A stretch of DNA of 64,000 bases from an uncultured Actinomycetes bacterium (lineage in GTDB: Bacteria > Actinomycetota > Thermoleophilia > UBA2241), in the NCBI GenBank assembly GCA_963709345.1, contig CAVPVX010000007.1:672001-736000 (forward strand), read 5' to 3'. A program made the translations under genes and the position numbers. Below the pieces are notes generated by a model. That model did no database searches, was not told where the DNA came from, and was given only the letters and a program-made list of their open reading frames with translations. Of the stretch, positions 19,889-30,285 are shown piece after piece (the stretch's first letter is position 1; every line of letters begins with the position of its first letter).

Positions 19889-19912
19889 CCCCGGAGACAG
19901 AGCCGACCGGTT

Positions 19913-19936
19913 GAAAGGGCGCGTAAGCGCCCTTTC
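19913..19936 (+). terminator. Hairpin after the CAP gene
   Basis: GAAAGGGCGC-GTAA-GCGCCCTTTC, perfect stem with a GNRA loop. Confidence 0.6.
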
Positions 19937-20003
19937 GCGTGGGATGAAGGGGAAGCGCGCACGGGCCGATGGGCGGCGCCGTCCACCGGAGTAGGATGGT
20001 GGC

Positions 20004-22305
20004 GTGGACGCCGACCGCAGAATGACCCCCGAAGCGTCGCGCCGCCTGCGCGCCCTCTTCACCGGTGGCGGGCACGAGCAGGTCGTGACGGTGGCGCACG
20101 AGGCGGCGCGGCGCGGGCACGCCGCCGACCTGCCCCCCGACCTCCCGGCCGAGCTGCGCGAAGCGCTGCTCGCGGCCGGCGTGCACTCGCTCTACGGCCA
20201 TCAGGCCGCCGCTCGGGAGCGGCTGGCGGCCGGCGACAACGTCGTCATCAGCACCGGCACGGCGAGCGGCAAGAGCCTCTGCTATCAGCTCGCCGTGCTC
20301 GAGACCTTCGCGGCCGAGCCACAGAGCCGCGCCCTCTTCCTCTTCCCCACCAAAGCGCTTGCGCAGGATCAGGCGCGCAAGCTCACGCGGCTCCACGTCC
20401 CCGGCGCCGTGCCCGGCGATCTACGACGGTGACACGCCGCAGGACCAGCGGGCCCTGCTGCGGCGCAGCGCGACGATCCTCCTCAGCAACCCCGACATGC
20501 TGCACGTCGGCATCCTGCCGGCGCACGAGCGCTGGGCCGAGTACCTGCACCAGCTCCGCTACGTGATCCTCGACGAGGCGCACGTGTACCGCGGCGTCTT
20601 CGGCAGCCACGTCGCCCAGGTCGTGCGCCGTCTGCGGCGGCTCTGCGCGCAGTACGGCGGACACCCGCAGTTTGTGCTCACCTCCGCGACCATCGCCAAC
20701 CCGCGGGCCTTCGCGGAGAAACTCACCGGGCTGCCGTTCGCCGTCGTCGACGGGGACGAGGCGCCGCGGCCGGAACGCACGGTCGTATTCTGGAACCCGC
20801 CGATCGAGGACCCGGCCGCCGGCACGCGGCGCAGCGCTCTCGCGGAGGCCGCGTACATCACCGCCGAGTGCGTGCTCGCAGGTGCGCGCGTGATCGCGTT
20901 CGCGCCCACTCGCAAGGCGGCCGAGCTGGTGTACGGCCACGTGAAGCGGCGCCTCGACGACCGGGCGCCGGGCGCGGCGGAGCGGGTACAGCCGTACCGC
21001 GCCGGCTACACGCCGGAGCAGCGCCGCGACATCGAGCGGCGCCTCTTCGCGCACGAACTGGACGCCGTGGTGGCAACGCAGGCACTGGAGCTGGGAATCG
21101 ACGTCGGCAGCCTCGATGTCTCGCTCGTGACCGGGTTTCCCGGCACGGTCACGAGCCTGCGACAGCGCTGGGGCAGAGCGGGCCGGGCCGGGCACGGCTA
21201 CGCCGTGCTGGTCGCCGGCCAGGACGCCTTGGACCAGTACTTCATGCGCGAGCCCGAGCGCCTCCTGAGCCGCAGCGTGGAGGAGGCGATCATCGACCTG
21301 CACAACCCGCAGATCAGTGCGCCGCACCTGGAGGCGGCCGCCTACGAGCAGCCGCTCACGCCGGCCGACGCCGCGTACTTCGGCGAGCAAGGCCTGCTGC
21401 AGGCCGAGCGGCTGGAGCAGGCCGGCAGGCTGCGGCGGCGCGGCGACGGTCTCGTGTGGGCGCGGCCATACTCGCCCGCCGCCGAGACCGGCCTGCGCAC
21501 CGCGAGCAACGAGCAGTTCGTCATCGTCGAGGGACGCCAGGGCGAGGTCATCGGCAGCGTCGAGCGCGAGCGTGTGCTGCGCTTCTGCCACCCCGGCGCC
21601 GTGTACCTGCACCTCGGGCGCAGCTACCTCGTGGCACACCTCGACCTCGACCACCGCACCGTCATGGTCGACGACTTCGACGGCAGCTACTACACGCAGG
21701 CCAAGACCGACAAGAACGTGCAGATCGCCGGGCAGGCAGGCATGCGCCCGCTGCCCGGCGCCTCCCTCTTCCTCGGTGACCTCGAGGTGACCGAGCAGGT
21801 GGTCGCCTACCAGCGCCGCGACATGACCGACGGTCACGTGCTCGACACCACCAGCCTCGACCTGCCCGAGCAGACCTTCTCCACACAGGCCTTCTGGCTG
21901 GCGATCGCACAGCCGGTGCTGGAGCGCACCCTCGCCGGCCTGAGCGAGACCGACGAGCTCGCCGCCCCCGGCTCGCTGCACGCCGCCGAACATGCGCTGA
22001 TCGCCCTGCTGCCGCTGTATGCGATGTGCGACCGCTGGGACATCGGCGGCCTGAGCACCGCGTGGCACTGGCAGACCGACGCAGCGAGCATCTTCGTCTA
22101 CGACGCCTACCCCGGCGGCATCGGCCTCTCGCGCCGAGGCTACGAGGCCTTCGAGAGCCTCGCCGCCGACGCCCGCACCCTCGTTGCCGAGTGCCCCTGC
22201 GAGAGCGGCTGCCCGAGTTGCGTGCAGAGCCCCAAGTGCGGCAACCTCAACGAGCCGCTGTGCAAGGCCGGGGCGGTCGCGCTGCTGAGGGCCGTCCTCG
22301 GATGA
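20004..22305 (+). CDS. DEAD/DEAH helicase with C-terminal DUF1998 Zn domain (MrfA/SftH/Hrq1-like); one frameshift near 20412
   Basis: TGTASGKS, PTKALAQDQ, DEAH, QRWGRAGR, CPCESGCPSCV; the two ORFs join if one C is removed from GTGCCCGGCG. Confidence 0.88.
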
Positions 22306-22324
22306 CCGCGGCAGAGCGGTGGGG

Positions 22325-22352
22325 TCAAGGTTACGAGCCCTCGGTCCGATGT
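22325..22352 (+). promoter_or_regulatory. sigma28-like promoter upstream of C1 protease 1
   Basis: TCAAG-N15-TCCGATGT. Confidence 0.4.
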
Positions 22353-22422
22353 ACAGAGGGAGGAACTCGATTCCCGGACCGGCACGCCGCGGGCCGGTGA
22401 CAGTCGTCGCGAGGGAGGCGCC

Positions 22423-25314
22423 ATGAGCATCCGCAGGACAAGCAGATGGACACCGGCGGCGAGGGCGTTCGTACTCCTTGCTCTCGCAACGCTGCTCCTG
22501 CTGATCGCGGCGCCGGCCGTGCCCGCGGCTCAGCCGGCGCAGACCGAGAAGCCGACGGCGGCGCGAGTGCGGGCAGCGCCTCTGAACCCCGACTTCGTGC
22601 TCTGGCAGGCCAGACGGGAGCTCAGCGCCGCACTCCGGAGTGCCGACGGGCTCGGGCTCGGCGAGCGGCCGGCGCCGCAGGCACTCGCCGCCGACGACGC
22701 CGCCGAGGCCGCACGCACGCTCGACGCCTACGCTCCCGACTACGACCTGCGCAGCCTGGGCAAGCTGTCTCCCGTCAAGAACCAAGGCAGCTACGGCACC
22801 TGCTGGGCATTCGCCACCTACGGATCCATGGAGTCGAGCCTGCTGCCCGGTGAGCTCGCCGACTTCTCCGAGGACAACCTGGTGCTGCAGAGCGGCTTCG
22901 ACACCGGCGCCACAGCGACGGAGAAGTACAACCACGGCGGCCACATCTGGTTCTCCACCGCCTACCTCGCCCGCTGGGGCGGCCCCGTCTGGCAATCCGA
23001 GGACGCCTACGGCGACGGCGTGACGCCCGGCGGCCTCTCGGCGCGCAAACACGTGCAGGACATCTCGTGGTACGCCCCGCGCGCCTCAGCCACCGACAAC
23101 GACCGCATCAAGTACGCTGTCTCCACCCACGGCGCCACCTACATATCGATGTCGTGGCAGGGCAGCTCAAGCGGCTCGTCCTACTACAACGCGACCACGC
23201 ACGCCTACTACTACAACGGCGGATCCGACACGAATCACGCAGTCCTCGTCGTCGGCTGGGACGACGGCTACGCGGCAAGCAACTTCGCGACCACGCCGCC
23301 GGGCAACGGCGCCTTCATCGTCAGGAACAGCTGGGGCACGGGCTTCGGCGAGAGCGGGTTCTTCTACGTCTCGTACTACGACACCAAGTTCGCGCGCACC
23401 AGCTACGCCGCCACCTTCGAGGGCGTCGCCCCGACGACCAACTACGACGCTGTCTACCAGTACGACCCGCTCGGGGACGTCAACTCCTTCGGATCGGGCA
23501 GCTCGACGACGCTGTGGGGCGCGAACAGGTACACCGCCACAGCCGCCTCGACGCTGAAGGCAATCGGCTTCTACGCCGAGGTGCCGAATACGGCATACGA
23601 GATCTGGCAGGGCCCGACGACCGCCGCCCTCACCAAGGTCACCCAGGGCACGCTGCCGCAGATGGGCTTCCACACGGTGACCCTGCCCTCGCCGGTGGCC
23701 CTGACCGGCGGCGCCGCCTTCGTGGTCGCGGTCAAGCTCACGACGCCGGGCTACGCCTACCCGTTGGCGGTCGAGTACGCCGAGCCTGGCTACTCGAGCG
23801 CCGCCACGGCCTCGCCCGGACAGAGCTACTACAGCGCGAACGGCACGACGTGGACCGACCTGACCACGTGGAAGTCCAGCGCCAACGCCTGCATCAAGGC
23901 CTATGCGACGACCGTCAGCGACACGACTCCGCCGGTCACTACCGACAACCACCTCTCCGTGTCCCTCGTCGCACCCTGCACGATCACGTTGACGCCGACG
24001 GATTCGGGCTCGGGCATGGTCGGCGGACTCGCCAAGGCCGAGTACAAGGTGGGCGGCGCGGCCTCCTACACGGTGGGCACCAGCGTCGTCCTCGGCGCCG
24101 GCACGCACACCGTCGCCTACCGCTCCACCGATGCCGCCGGCAACCGCGAGACGCCCGACAAGAGCTTCAGCGTCACGGTGGCGACGCCGCCGACGCCGCC
24201 GGCCAGCAGCAGCTCGTACGCCTTCGCCGCCGGCCCGGCCGGCGACTGGAGGACCACGGCGCAGTCGGTCACCGTAGACGCCATCGCGGGATCGGGGACA
24301 GGGCTCACCATCAACTACAGCATCGACGGCGGCACGACCTGGACCGCCGTCGCCGGCTCCACCGCCACCGCCTCGGTGAGCGGCGACGGGTCGCACCGGT
24401 TCCGGTTCTACGCCAGTGACTCACTCTCGACAGAGGCCGTGCACAGCCCCGGGTACGTCAACATCGACACGACCCCGCCGGTCACCGCGGACGACCATCT
24501 GGCCGCCTCGCTGGTCGCCCCGGCGACCATCACGCTCACACCCGCCGACGCCACGTCGGGCATGAGCGGCGGCCTCGCCAAGACGGAGTACAAGGTAGGT
24601 GGCGCAGCCGCCTTCACGGACGGCACGAGCGTCGTCCTCGGCGCCGGCACGCACACCGTCAACTACCGCTCCACCGACGCCGCCGGCAACCTCGAGACGC
24701 CGGACAAGACCTTCACCGTCACGGTGGTCGGCCCGCCGCCGCCGGTCAGCGGCAGCAGCTACGCCTTCGCCCCAGACGCCGTCAGCAGCTGGCGCAAGAC
24801 CACGCAGTCCGTGACGGTCACCGCCTCCGGCGGCACGGGTACGGGACGCACCATCCACTACAGCGCCGACGGCGGCGCCACCTGGGTGTCCGCAGCCGGG
24901 GACAGCGTCACCGCCGCGGTGAACGGCGAGGGCTCCCACGACTTCAGGTACTACGCCAGTGACTCACTGGCCACCGAGTCCGTCCACGAAGCCGGCTTCA
25001 TCAACATCGACACCGTCAGGCCGGCGACCAAGGCCGTCGCCGCGAAGGTCAAGAAGGGCAAGCGGGTGGCGCTGAAGTACCGTGTCGTCGACGGGCGCCC
25101 AGGCTGCGGCAAAGCGGTCGTCAAGATCCAGATCAAGAAGCGCGGCAGGGTCGTGAAGACGATCCGCGTCGGCACCAGAAAGACCAACGTCGCCCTGACC
25201 TACAGGTACAAGGCCACCATCGCAAAGGGCGTGTACACGTATCGAGTGCTGGCCACGGACATTGCCGGCAACGGGACTGCCCGTGTGCGCTCGGCGAAGC
25301 TGACCGTGAGATAG
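22423..25314 (+). CDS. Secreted papain-family (C1) cysteine protease with lectin-like domain, Ig-like repeats and a basic C-terminal domain
   Basis: Signal peptide; QGSYGTCWAF, NHAVLVVGWDD, RNSWG catalytic motifs. Confidence 0.92.
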   Translation: MSIRRTSRWTPAARAFVLLALATLLLLIAAPAVPAAQPAQTEKPTAARVRAAPLNPDFVLWQARRELSAALRSADGLGLGERPAPQALAADDAAEAARTLDAYAPDYDLRSLGKLSPVKNQGSYGTCWAFATYGSMESSLLPGELADFSEDNLVLQSGFDTGATATEKYNHGGHIWFSTAYLARWGGPVWQSEDAYGDGVTPGGLSARKHVQDISWYAPRASATDNDRIKYAVSTHGATYISMSWQGSSSGSSYYNATTHAYYYNGGSDTNHAVLVVGWDDGYAASNFATTPPGNGAFIVRNSWGTGFGESGFFYVSYYDTKFARTSYAATFEGVAPTTNYDAVYQYDPLGDVNSFGSGSSTTLWGANRYTATAASTLKAIGFYAEVPNTAYEIWQGPTTAALTKVTQGTLPQMGFHTVTLPSPVALTGGAAFVVAVKLTTPGYAYPLAVEYAEPGYSSAATASPGQSYYSANGTTWTDLTTWKSSANACIKAYATTVSDTTPPVTTDNHLSVSLVAPCTITLTPTDSGSGMVGGLAKAEYKVGGAASYTVGTSVVLGAGTHTVAYRSTDAAGNRETPDKSFSVTVATPPTPPASSSSYAFAAGPAGDWRTTAQSVTVDAIAGSGTGLTINYSIDGGTTWTAVAGSTATASVSGDGSHRFRFYASDSLSTEAVHSPGYVNIDTTPPVTADDHLAASLVAPATITLTPADATSGMSGGLAKTEYKVGGAAAFTDGTSVVLGAGTHTVNYRSTDAAGNLETPDKTFTVTVVGPPPPVSGSSYAFAPDAVSSWRKTTQSVTVTASGGTGTGRTIHYSADGGATWVSAAGDSVTAAVNGEGSHDFRYYASDSLATESVHEAGFINIDTVRPATKAVAAKVKKGKRVALKYRVVDGRPGCGKAVVKIQIKKRGRVVKTIRVGTRKTNVALTYRYKATIAKGVYTYRVLATDIAGNGTARVRSAKLTVR
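23920..25008 (+). repeat. Intragenic tandem duplication (546 and 543 nt units)
   Basis: Both units begin DTTPPVT and share TSVVLGAGTHTV.YRSTDAAGN.ETPDK and YASDSL.TE. Confidence 0.85.
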
Positions 25315-25334
25315 TGATCCGGCGAGGACCCGGA

Positions 25335-25412
25335 GACCTCTGCTGCGTCCGCTTGACGCCACAATCCTCGGTCTTGACGATGCGGCCGCCGTCATCCACC
25401 GCCGTGCCCGTC
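25335..25412 (-). pseudogene. Short fragment homologous to the YCF48-like gene at 28526-29527
   Basis: TGTAVDDGGRIVKTEDCGVKRTQQRS vs TGWAVGDGGRIVKTAKAGVSWTKQQS. Confidence 0.55.
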
Positions 25413-25675
25413 CTGGCGGCGGGAGTGCCGCCACGTGACAAGAGCACGCAGGAGTCACCGGCCGCGGCGACTCCTGCCGGGCGGGCTCGTGTGAGCTCCC
25501 GCGGCCGACTGCGACGCCGCGACCCGCCCCCGCCCGCGACGCGTCCGTCTCACTCTGGCGAACGGAGGGACGCAGCGTTAGACTGAAGACGCACCGTGAT
25601 CACGGAAGTGAGGGAGCTCGTCGTCGGCCACGCGCGGCCACGAAGGTACGTTCCCGTGGAGGAGGGGGGTCCCAC

Positions 25676-27788
25676 ATGAGTGCCCAGCACATCGTCAAGC
25701 GTGCGTGCGCAGTCACCGCGGCCGCATTCATGAGTCTCGTGGTGGTACTGCTGCTGTTCGGCGCAGCGGTCGCGGAGGCAACGCCGAACACATTGACGCA
25801 GGAGCCGGCGCCGGCAAAGGTGGGAGCGGCCCCCCTGAACCCCGACTTCGTCCTCTGGCAGGCCCGGCGCAACCTCGACGCCGTGTTCCGCAGCGTCGAC
25901 GGCCACGGACTCGGCGCACGACCGGCTCCGCATGCGCTGTTCTCCGCCGACGCGGCGCCGGCGCAGCGATCCACGCGCGGCTACGCGAGCAGCTTCGACC
26001 TGCGCACCACGGGCAAGCTCACGTCGGTCAAGGACCAGGACCCGTGGGGCACCTGCTGGTCGTTCGCCACCTACGGCTCGATGGAGTCGTGCCTGCTGCC
26101 CGGCGAGTCGCGTGACTTCTCCGAAGACCACATGGTCCTGACCAGCGGGTTCGACATGGGCAGCGACGGCCGCGGCCAAAGTACGACTTCGGCGGCCACT
26201 TCTGGATGTCCACCGCCTACCTCGCCCGCTGGGGCGGCCCGGTCTGGGAATCCGAGGACGCCTACGGCGACGGCGTCACGCCGGGCGGCCTTACGGCGCG
26301 CAAGCACGTGCAGGACGTCTCCTGGTACGCCGCGCGCTCTCGTCCACGGACAACGACCGCATCAAGTACGCGGTCTCCACCCACGGCGCGACCTACATCT
26401 CGATGTCGTGGCAGGGCAGTTCGAGCGGCTCGTCCTACTACAACCCGACCGACGCACGCCTACTACTACAACGGCGGATCCGACTCGAACCACGCCGTGC
26501 TGGTCGTCGGCTGGGACGACGACTACGCGGCGAGCAACTTCGCGACCACGCCGCCGGGCAACGGCGCCTTCATCGTCAGGAACAGCTGGGGCACGGGCTT
26601 CGGCGAGGGCGGCTACTTCTACGTCTCCTACTACGACACGAAGTTCGGACGCGACTCAGCTACGCCGCCACCTTCGAGGGCGCCCAGTCCCCGACGAACT
26701 ACGACACGATCTACCAGTACGACCCGCTGGGCGAGGTCACCGGTTTCGGCGCAGGCGGCACGACCCTTTGGGGCGCCAACCGGTTCACCGCCGGCGTCGA
26801 CCTCGACCCTGAATGCGGTCGGCTTCTACGCCGAGGCGCCGAACACCGCGTACGAGATCTGGCAGGGCCCGACGACCGCCGCCCTCACGAAGGTCACCCA
26901 GGGCACGCTGCCGCAGATGGGCTTCCACACGGTGACCCTGCCGGCGGGGCGCGCCCTGACGAGCGGCGCCGCTTTCGTGGTCGCCGTCAAGCTCACGACG
27001 CCGGGCACAACTTCCCGCTGCCGGTCGAGTACGCCGAGCCCGGCTACTCGAGCGCCGCCACGGCCTCGCCCGGCCAGAGCTACTACAGCTCGAACGGCAC
27101 GACGTGGACCGACCTGACCACGTGGAAGTCCAGCGCCAACGCCTGCATCAAGGCCTACGCGACGACCGGCGGCTCGCCGCCGCCGGGCACCGACACCACG
27201 CCGCCGGTCACGACCGTCACGGGCCTGGACAGCCGCTGGCACAACCGCGACGTGAAGCTCACGCTCACGGCCGTGGACGAGCCGGGAGGCTCGGGCGTCA
27301 AGTCGATCACCGGCCGCTTCAACGACGGCGCGGAACAGGTCATCGAGAGCGCCAAGGTCATCGCGACGATCGACGCTCTCAAGAGCCACTCGAACGACGG
27401 CCTGACGAGACTGACGTACTACGCGACCGACGTCGCCGGCGAACAGGGAGGCGGCGCGCACGCTCACCGTCAAGATCGACACGCGCGGGCCCACCTGCGC
27501 GGCGAAGAAGCTGACAGTCAAGCGCGGCAAGAAGGGCAGGCTGTACTTCGTCGTCCGTGACACGCTCAGCCCCCAGGTGACCTGCCTGGTGCGCATCAAG
27601 ACGCTGCGCGGAAAGACCGTGAAGACGTTGAGCTGGGGCTACGACACGCAGCCGGGAGCCGGACTGTGGTGGTACGTCAACTACCGCTGGACGCTCAAGA
27701 AGGGGACCTACAACGTCTTCGTCACCGGCAAGGACCTGGCCGGCAACAACTCCACGAAGATCGGCAAGGCGAGGCTCGTCGTTCGTAA
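25676..27788 (+). pseudogene. Second C1 cysteine protease paralogue with about 8 single-base frameshifts (possibly assembly errors)
   Basis: QDPWGTCWSF, NHAVLVVGWDD, RNSWG; long stretches near-identical to 22423-25314; the frame switches repeatedly. Confidence 0.85.
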
Positions 27789-27889
27789 GCGCGAGAGCGA
27801 AGGGGACGCCGCACTCGGGCCAGCCTCTCGCGGTGCGACGGGGTCATCGACTGAGGTAGTCTGCACGGTGACCGCGCGCGAAAGGAGCC

Positions 27890-28474
27890 GTGCCCGTGCC
27901 CGACGACATCGCCATCGACCTGCTGGACCCCGCCGACATCGAAGACGTGGCGCACCTGTGGAAGGCGTTGCTGGACCACGTGGCGGCACTGCCCGACTCG
28001 ATCGTGCCCGTGCGGCCGTCGGACGAGTCGTGGGAGCTCGAGCGCGCCGAGATGCTCCCGGCGCTCGAGAGCAGCAGCGCCTTCGCGCTCGTCGCCCGGC
28101 GTGGAGGCCGCGCCGTCGGGTACCTCTTCGTGCGCATCGAAGGGCCGGACCCCGTCTGGTACACCGGCGACACGCACGCGGAGCTCGCCCACCTCTGCGT
28201 CGCCGAGGGCGAGCGCGGCAACGGAGTGGGCTCCGCGCTCATGGACGCCATGGACGCCGAGCTTGAGCGCCGCGGCGTCGAAGACGTGGAGATCGGGGTC
28301 GACACCGGCAACGACGCCGCGGTGAGCCTCTACGAGGGTCGCGGTTACCGGCCCGACTTCAGGCTCTTCTACGGCTCGCCCGGCAGAAAGCCTTGGGCGT
28401 GCCTGCGGAGGGAGGCCGAGGACAAGGCGGCCGGGCGCGGCCGCTTCGCGCCGCCCGGCCGCCCGCAGGACTGA
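27890..28474 (+). CDS. GNAT family N-acetyltransferase
   Basis: LCVAEGERGNGVGSALM, NDAAVSLYEGRGY; AAAGGAG RBS. Confidence 0.88.
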   Translation: MPVPDDIAIDLLDPADIEDVAHLWKALLDHVAALPDSIVPVRPSDESWELERAEMLPALESSSAFALVARRGGRAVGYLFVRIEGPDPVWYTGDTHAELAHLCVAEGERGNGVGSALMDAMDAELERRGVEDVEIGVDTGNDAAVSLYEGRGYRPDFRLFYGSPGRKPWACLRREAEDKAAGRGRFAPPGRPQD

Positions 28475-28525
28475 CCGGCCGCTCCCGAGCCGACCGCAGG
28501 AGTGGCCGGAGGCGGCCTCAGCGCC

Positions 28526-29527
28526 TCAGAGCCGCCCGGTCCACGTCTTGCCGCCGTTCGTCGTGCGCAGCAGCACGCCGTTGTCGCCGGCGACCCAGCC
28601 GTGAGTCCGGTCGACGAAGCAGACCGCATTGAGCGACTTGGTGGTGCCCGTCTTGAGCCGCTTCCAGTGCCTGCCGCCGTCCGTCGTCTTGAGCACGCGG
28701 CCGCCGGCGCCCGCCGCGTAGCCCACCTTGGTGTTGACGAAGTCCACGCCCGTGAGGCGTGCCGTGCAGCCCGACTGCTGCTTGGTCCACGAGACGCCCG
28801 CCTTGGCCGTCTTCACGATACGGCCGCCGTCACCGACCGCCCAGCCCGTGAGTTTGCCGGGGAAGTCGAGGTCGTAGTAGTACCGGTACTTGACCTTGAA
28901 GGAGGGAAGGAGGCGCCGTACCCACTTGCCGCCGGCGTTGGCCGTAGCGTAGACGCCGCCGCTGCGGCCCCACTTGAGCACGTAGCACCTCTTCGTCGTG
29001 GGAGCGCTCACGCGCGAGAAGCCTCCCGATCCGTCGGGCGCCGGCTTGTCCAGTTGCGCCGTCCACGTCTTGCCGCCGTCGTCCGTCCGGGCGATGCCGC
29101 CCCCGGACTCGGACGTCCCGTTGGACCAGCCCGCCCAGCCACGCGTGAGGCTCACGAAGTCGGCCTGGTTGTAGTTGCCGCCCCCGGCGAACGCAGGATC
29201 CCAGGTGTCGCCGCCGTCGGTGGTGTACTCGACGCCGCCGTAGCCCCACACGCCGATCGTCTTGCTTGCGAACGCCACGAACGAGAGATCGTTACCGGCC
29301 AGGATCTGATCGGCGACGGGGAGCCAGACCGCTCCGCCGTCGGTCGTCCTCCACACCCTCTTGGTGCCGGTCGCATCGTCGACGCCGGAGACCCACCCGT
29401 GGGTGCGGGTGACGAACGACATGGACATGTAGTCGGGGCTTGCTCCGGCCACGCCGACGGGTAGCGCAAGCGCGCACAGCACAAGTACGAAGAGCCCCAG
29501 GATCACGAGGCGACGGACAGCATTCAT
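28526..29527 (-). CDS. Secreted YCF48-like / BNR (Asp-box) beta-propeller protein
   Basis: Signal peptide; repeated T-T-D-G-G-x-x-W Asp boxes and GW-x-x-G blades. Confidence 0.85.
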   Translation of the reverse strand: MNAVRRLVILGLFVLVLCALALPVGVAGASPDYMSMSFVTRTHGWVSGVDDATGTKRVWRTTDGGAVWLPVADQILAGNDLSFVAFASKTIGVWGYGGVEYTTDGGDTWDPAFAGGGNYNQADFVSLTRGWAGWSNGTSESGGGIARTDDGGKTWTAQLDKPAPDGSGGFSRVSAPTTKRCYVLKWGRSGGVYATANAGGKWVRRLLPSFKVKYRYYYDLDFPGKLTGWAVGDGGRIVKTAKAGVSWTKQQSGCTARLTGVDFVNTKVGYAAGAGGRVLKTTDGGRHWKRLKTGTTKSLNAVCFVDRTHGWVAGDNGVLLRTTNGGKTWTGRL

Positions 29528-29702
29528 GGCTCTCCCCTCCACGGTCGACCTCCACCATCACAAGCATACTCCCATGGTCCAACGATTCCAGGCGTCGGGG
29601 GGACGGCTCCGGCCTGTGCGCGCCCGGCGGACTGCGGTACGCTTGCCGCACCGACCCCCGGCGGGCGTCGCCCGCCGGGAGCGGAGATGAGCCGGAGGTG
29701 AC

Positions 29703-30185
29703 GTGGGCGCGACCCGGTACGTGAGCGTCATCGGCGCGAGCCGCGCCTCGGCGGAGCTGGCCGCGAAGGCCGAGGAGCTCGGGGAGCTCCTCGCAGAGCG
29801 CGGCTGCGTCGTCGTCTGCGGCGGCCGCGAGGGCGTCATGGAGGCCGTCGCTCGCGGGGCGAAGAAGATGGGCGGCGTCACGCTCGGCATCCTGCCGGAG
29901 GCCGACCGCCACCGCGCCGCCCCCGGCCTCACCTACAGCGTCTGCAGCGCCATGGGCCACGCGCGCAATCTGAGCGTCGTGGCCAGCGGCGACGTCGTCA
30001 TCGCCCTCGGCGGCGCCTGGGGTACGCTCAGCGAGATCGCCCTGGCGCGCAGCGTCGGCAAGCACGTGATCTTGCTGGACACGTGGGACGTCACGCCGCC
30101 GGAAGGCGGCGAGCTCGACGGGGTGCGACGGGCGGAGACGCCCGCCGAGGCCGTCGAGCTGGCGCTCGCCACGCTCGGTGACTGA
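29703..30185 (+). CDS. TIGR00725-type LOG-family Rossmann protein
   Basis: VVCGGREGVMEA, MGHARN, GAWGTLSEIA. Confidence 0.88.
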   Translation: MGATRYVSVIGASRASAELAAKAEELGELLAERGCVVVCGGREGVMEAVARGAKKMGGVTLGILPEADRHRAAPGLTYSVCSAMGHARNLSVVASGDVVIALGGAWGTLSEIALARSVGKHVILLDTWDVTPPEGGELDGVRRAETPAEAVELALATLGD

Positions 30186-30285
30186 ATCGTCCACCACCCG
30201 TACGGTGTCTGGGACACACCTGTGACCGTATCCCTGCTATAGTATCCGCCCCCTGGCGGGGCGATGCGCAAGTTCAGGAGAGACG

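Noticed and set aside
20405-20420. Programmed frameshift in the DUF1998 helicase
   Set aside because: No slippery heptamer; similar single-base indels occur at 26170-27790, 56780 and 57625, consistent with sequencing or consensus error
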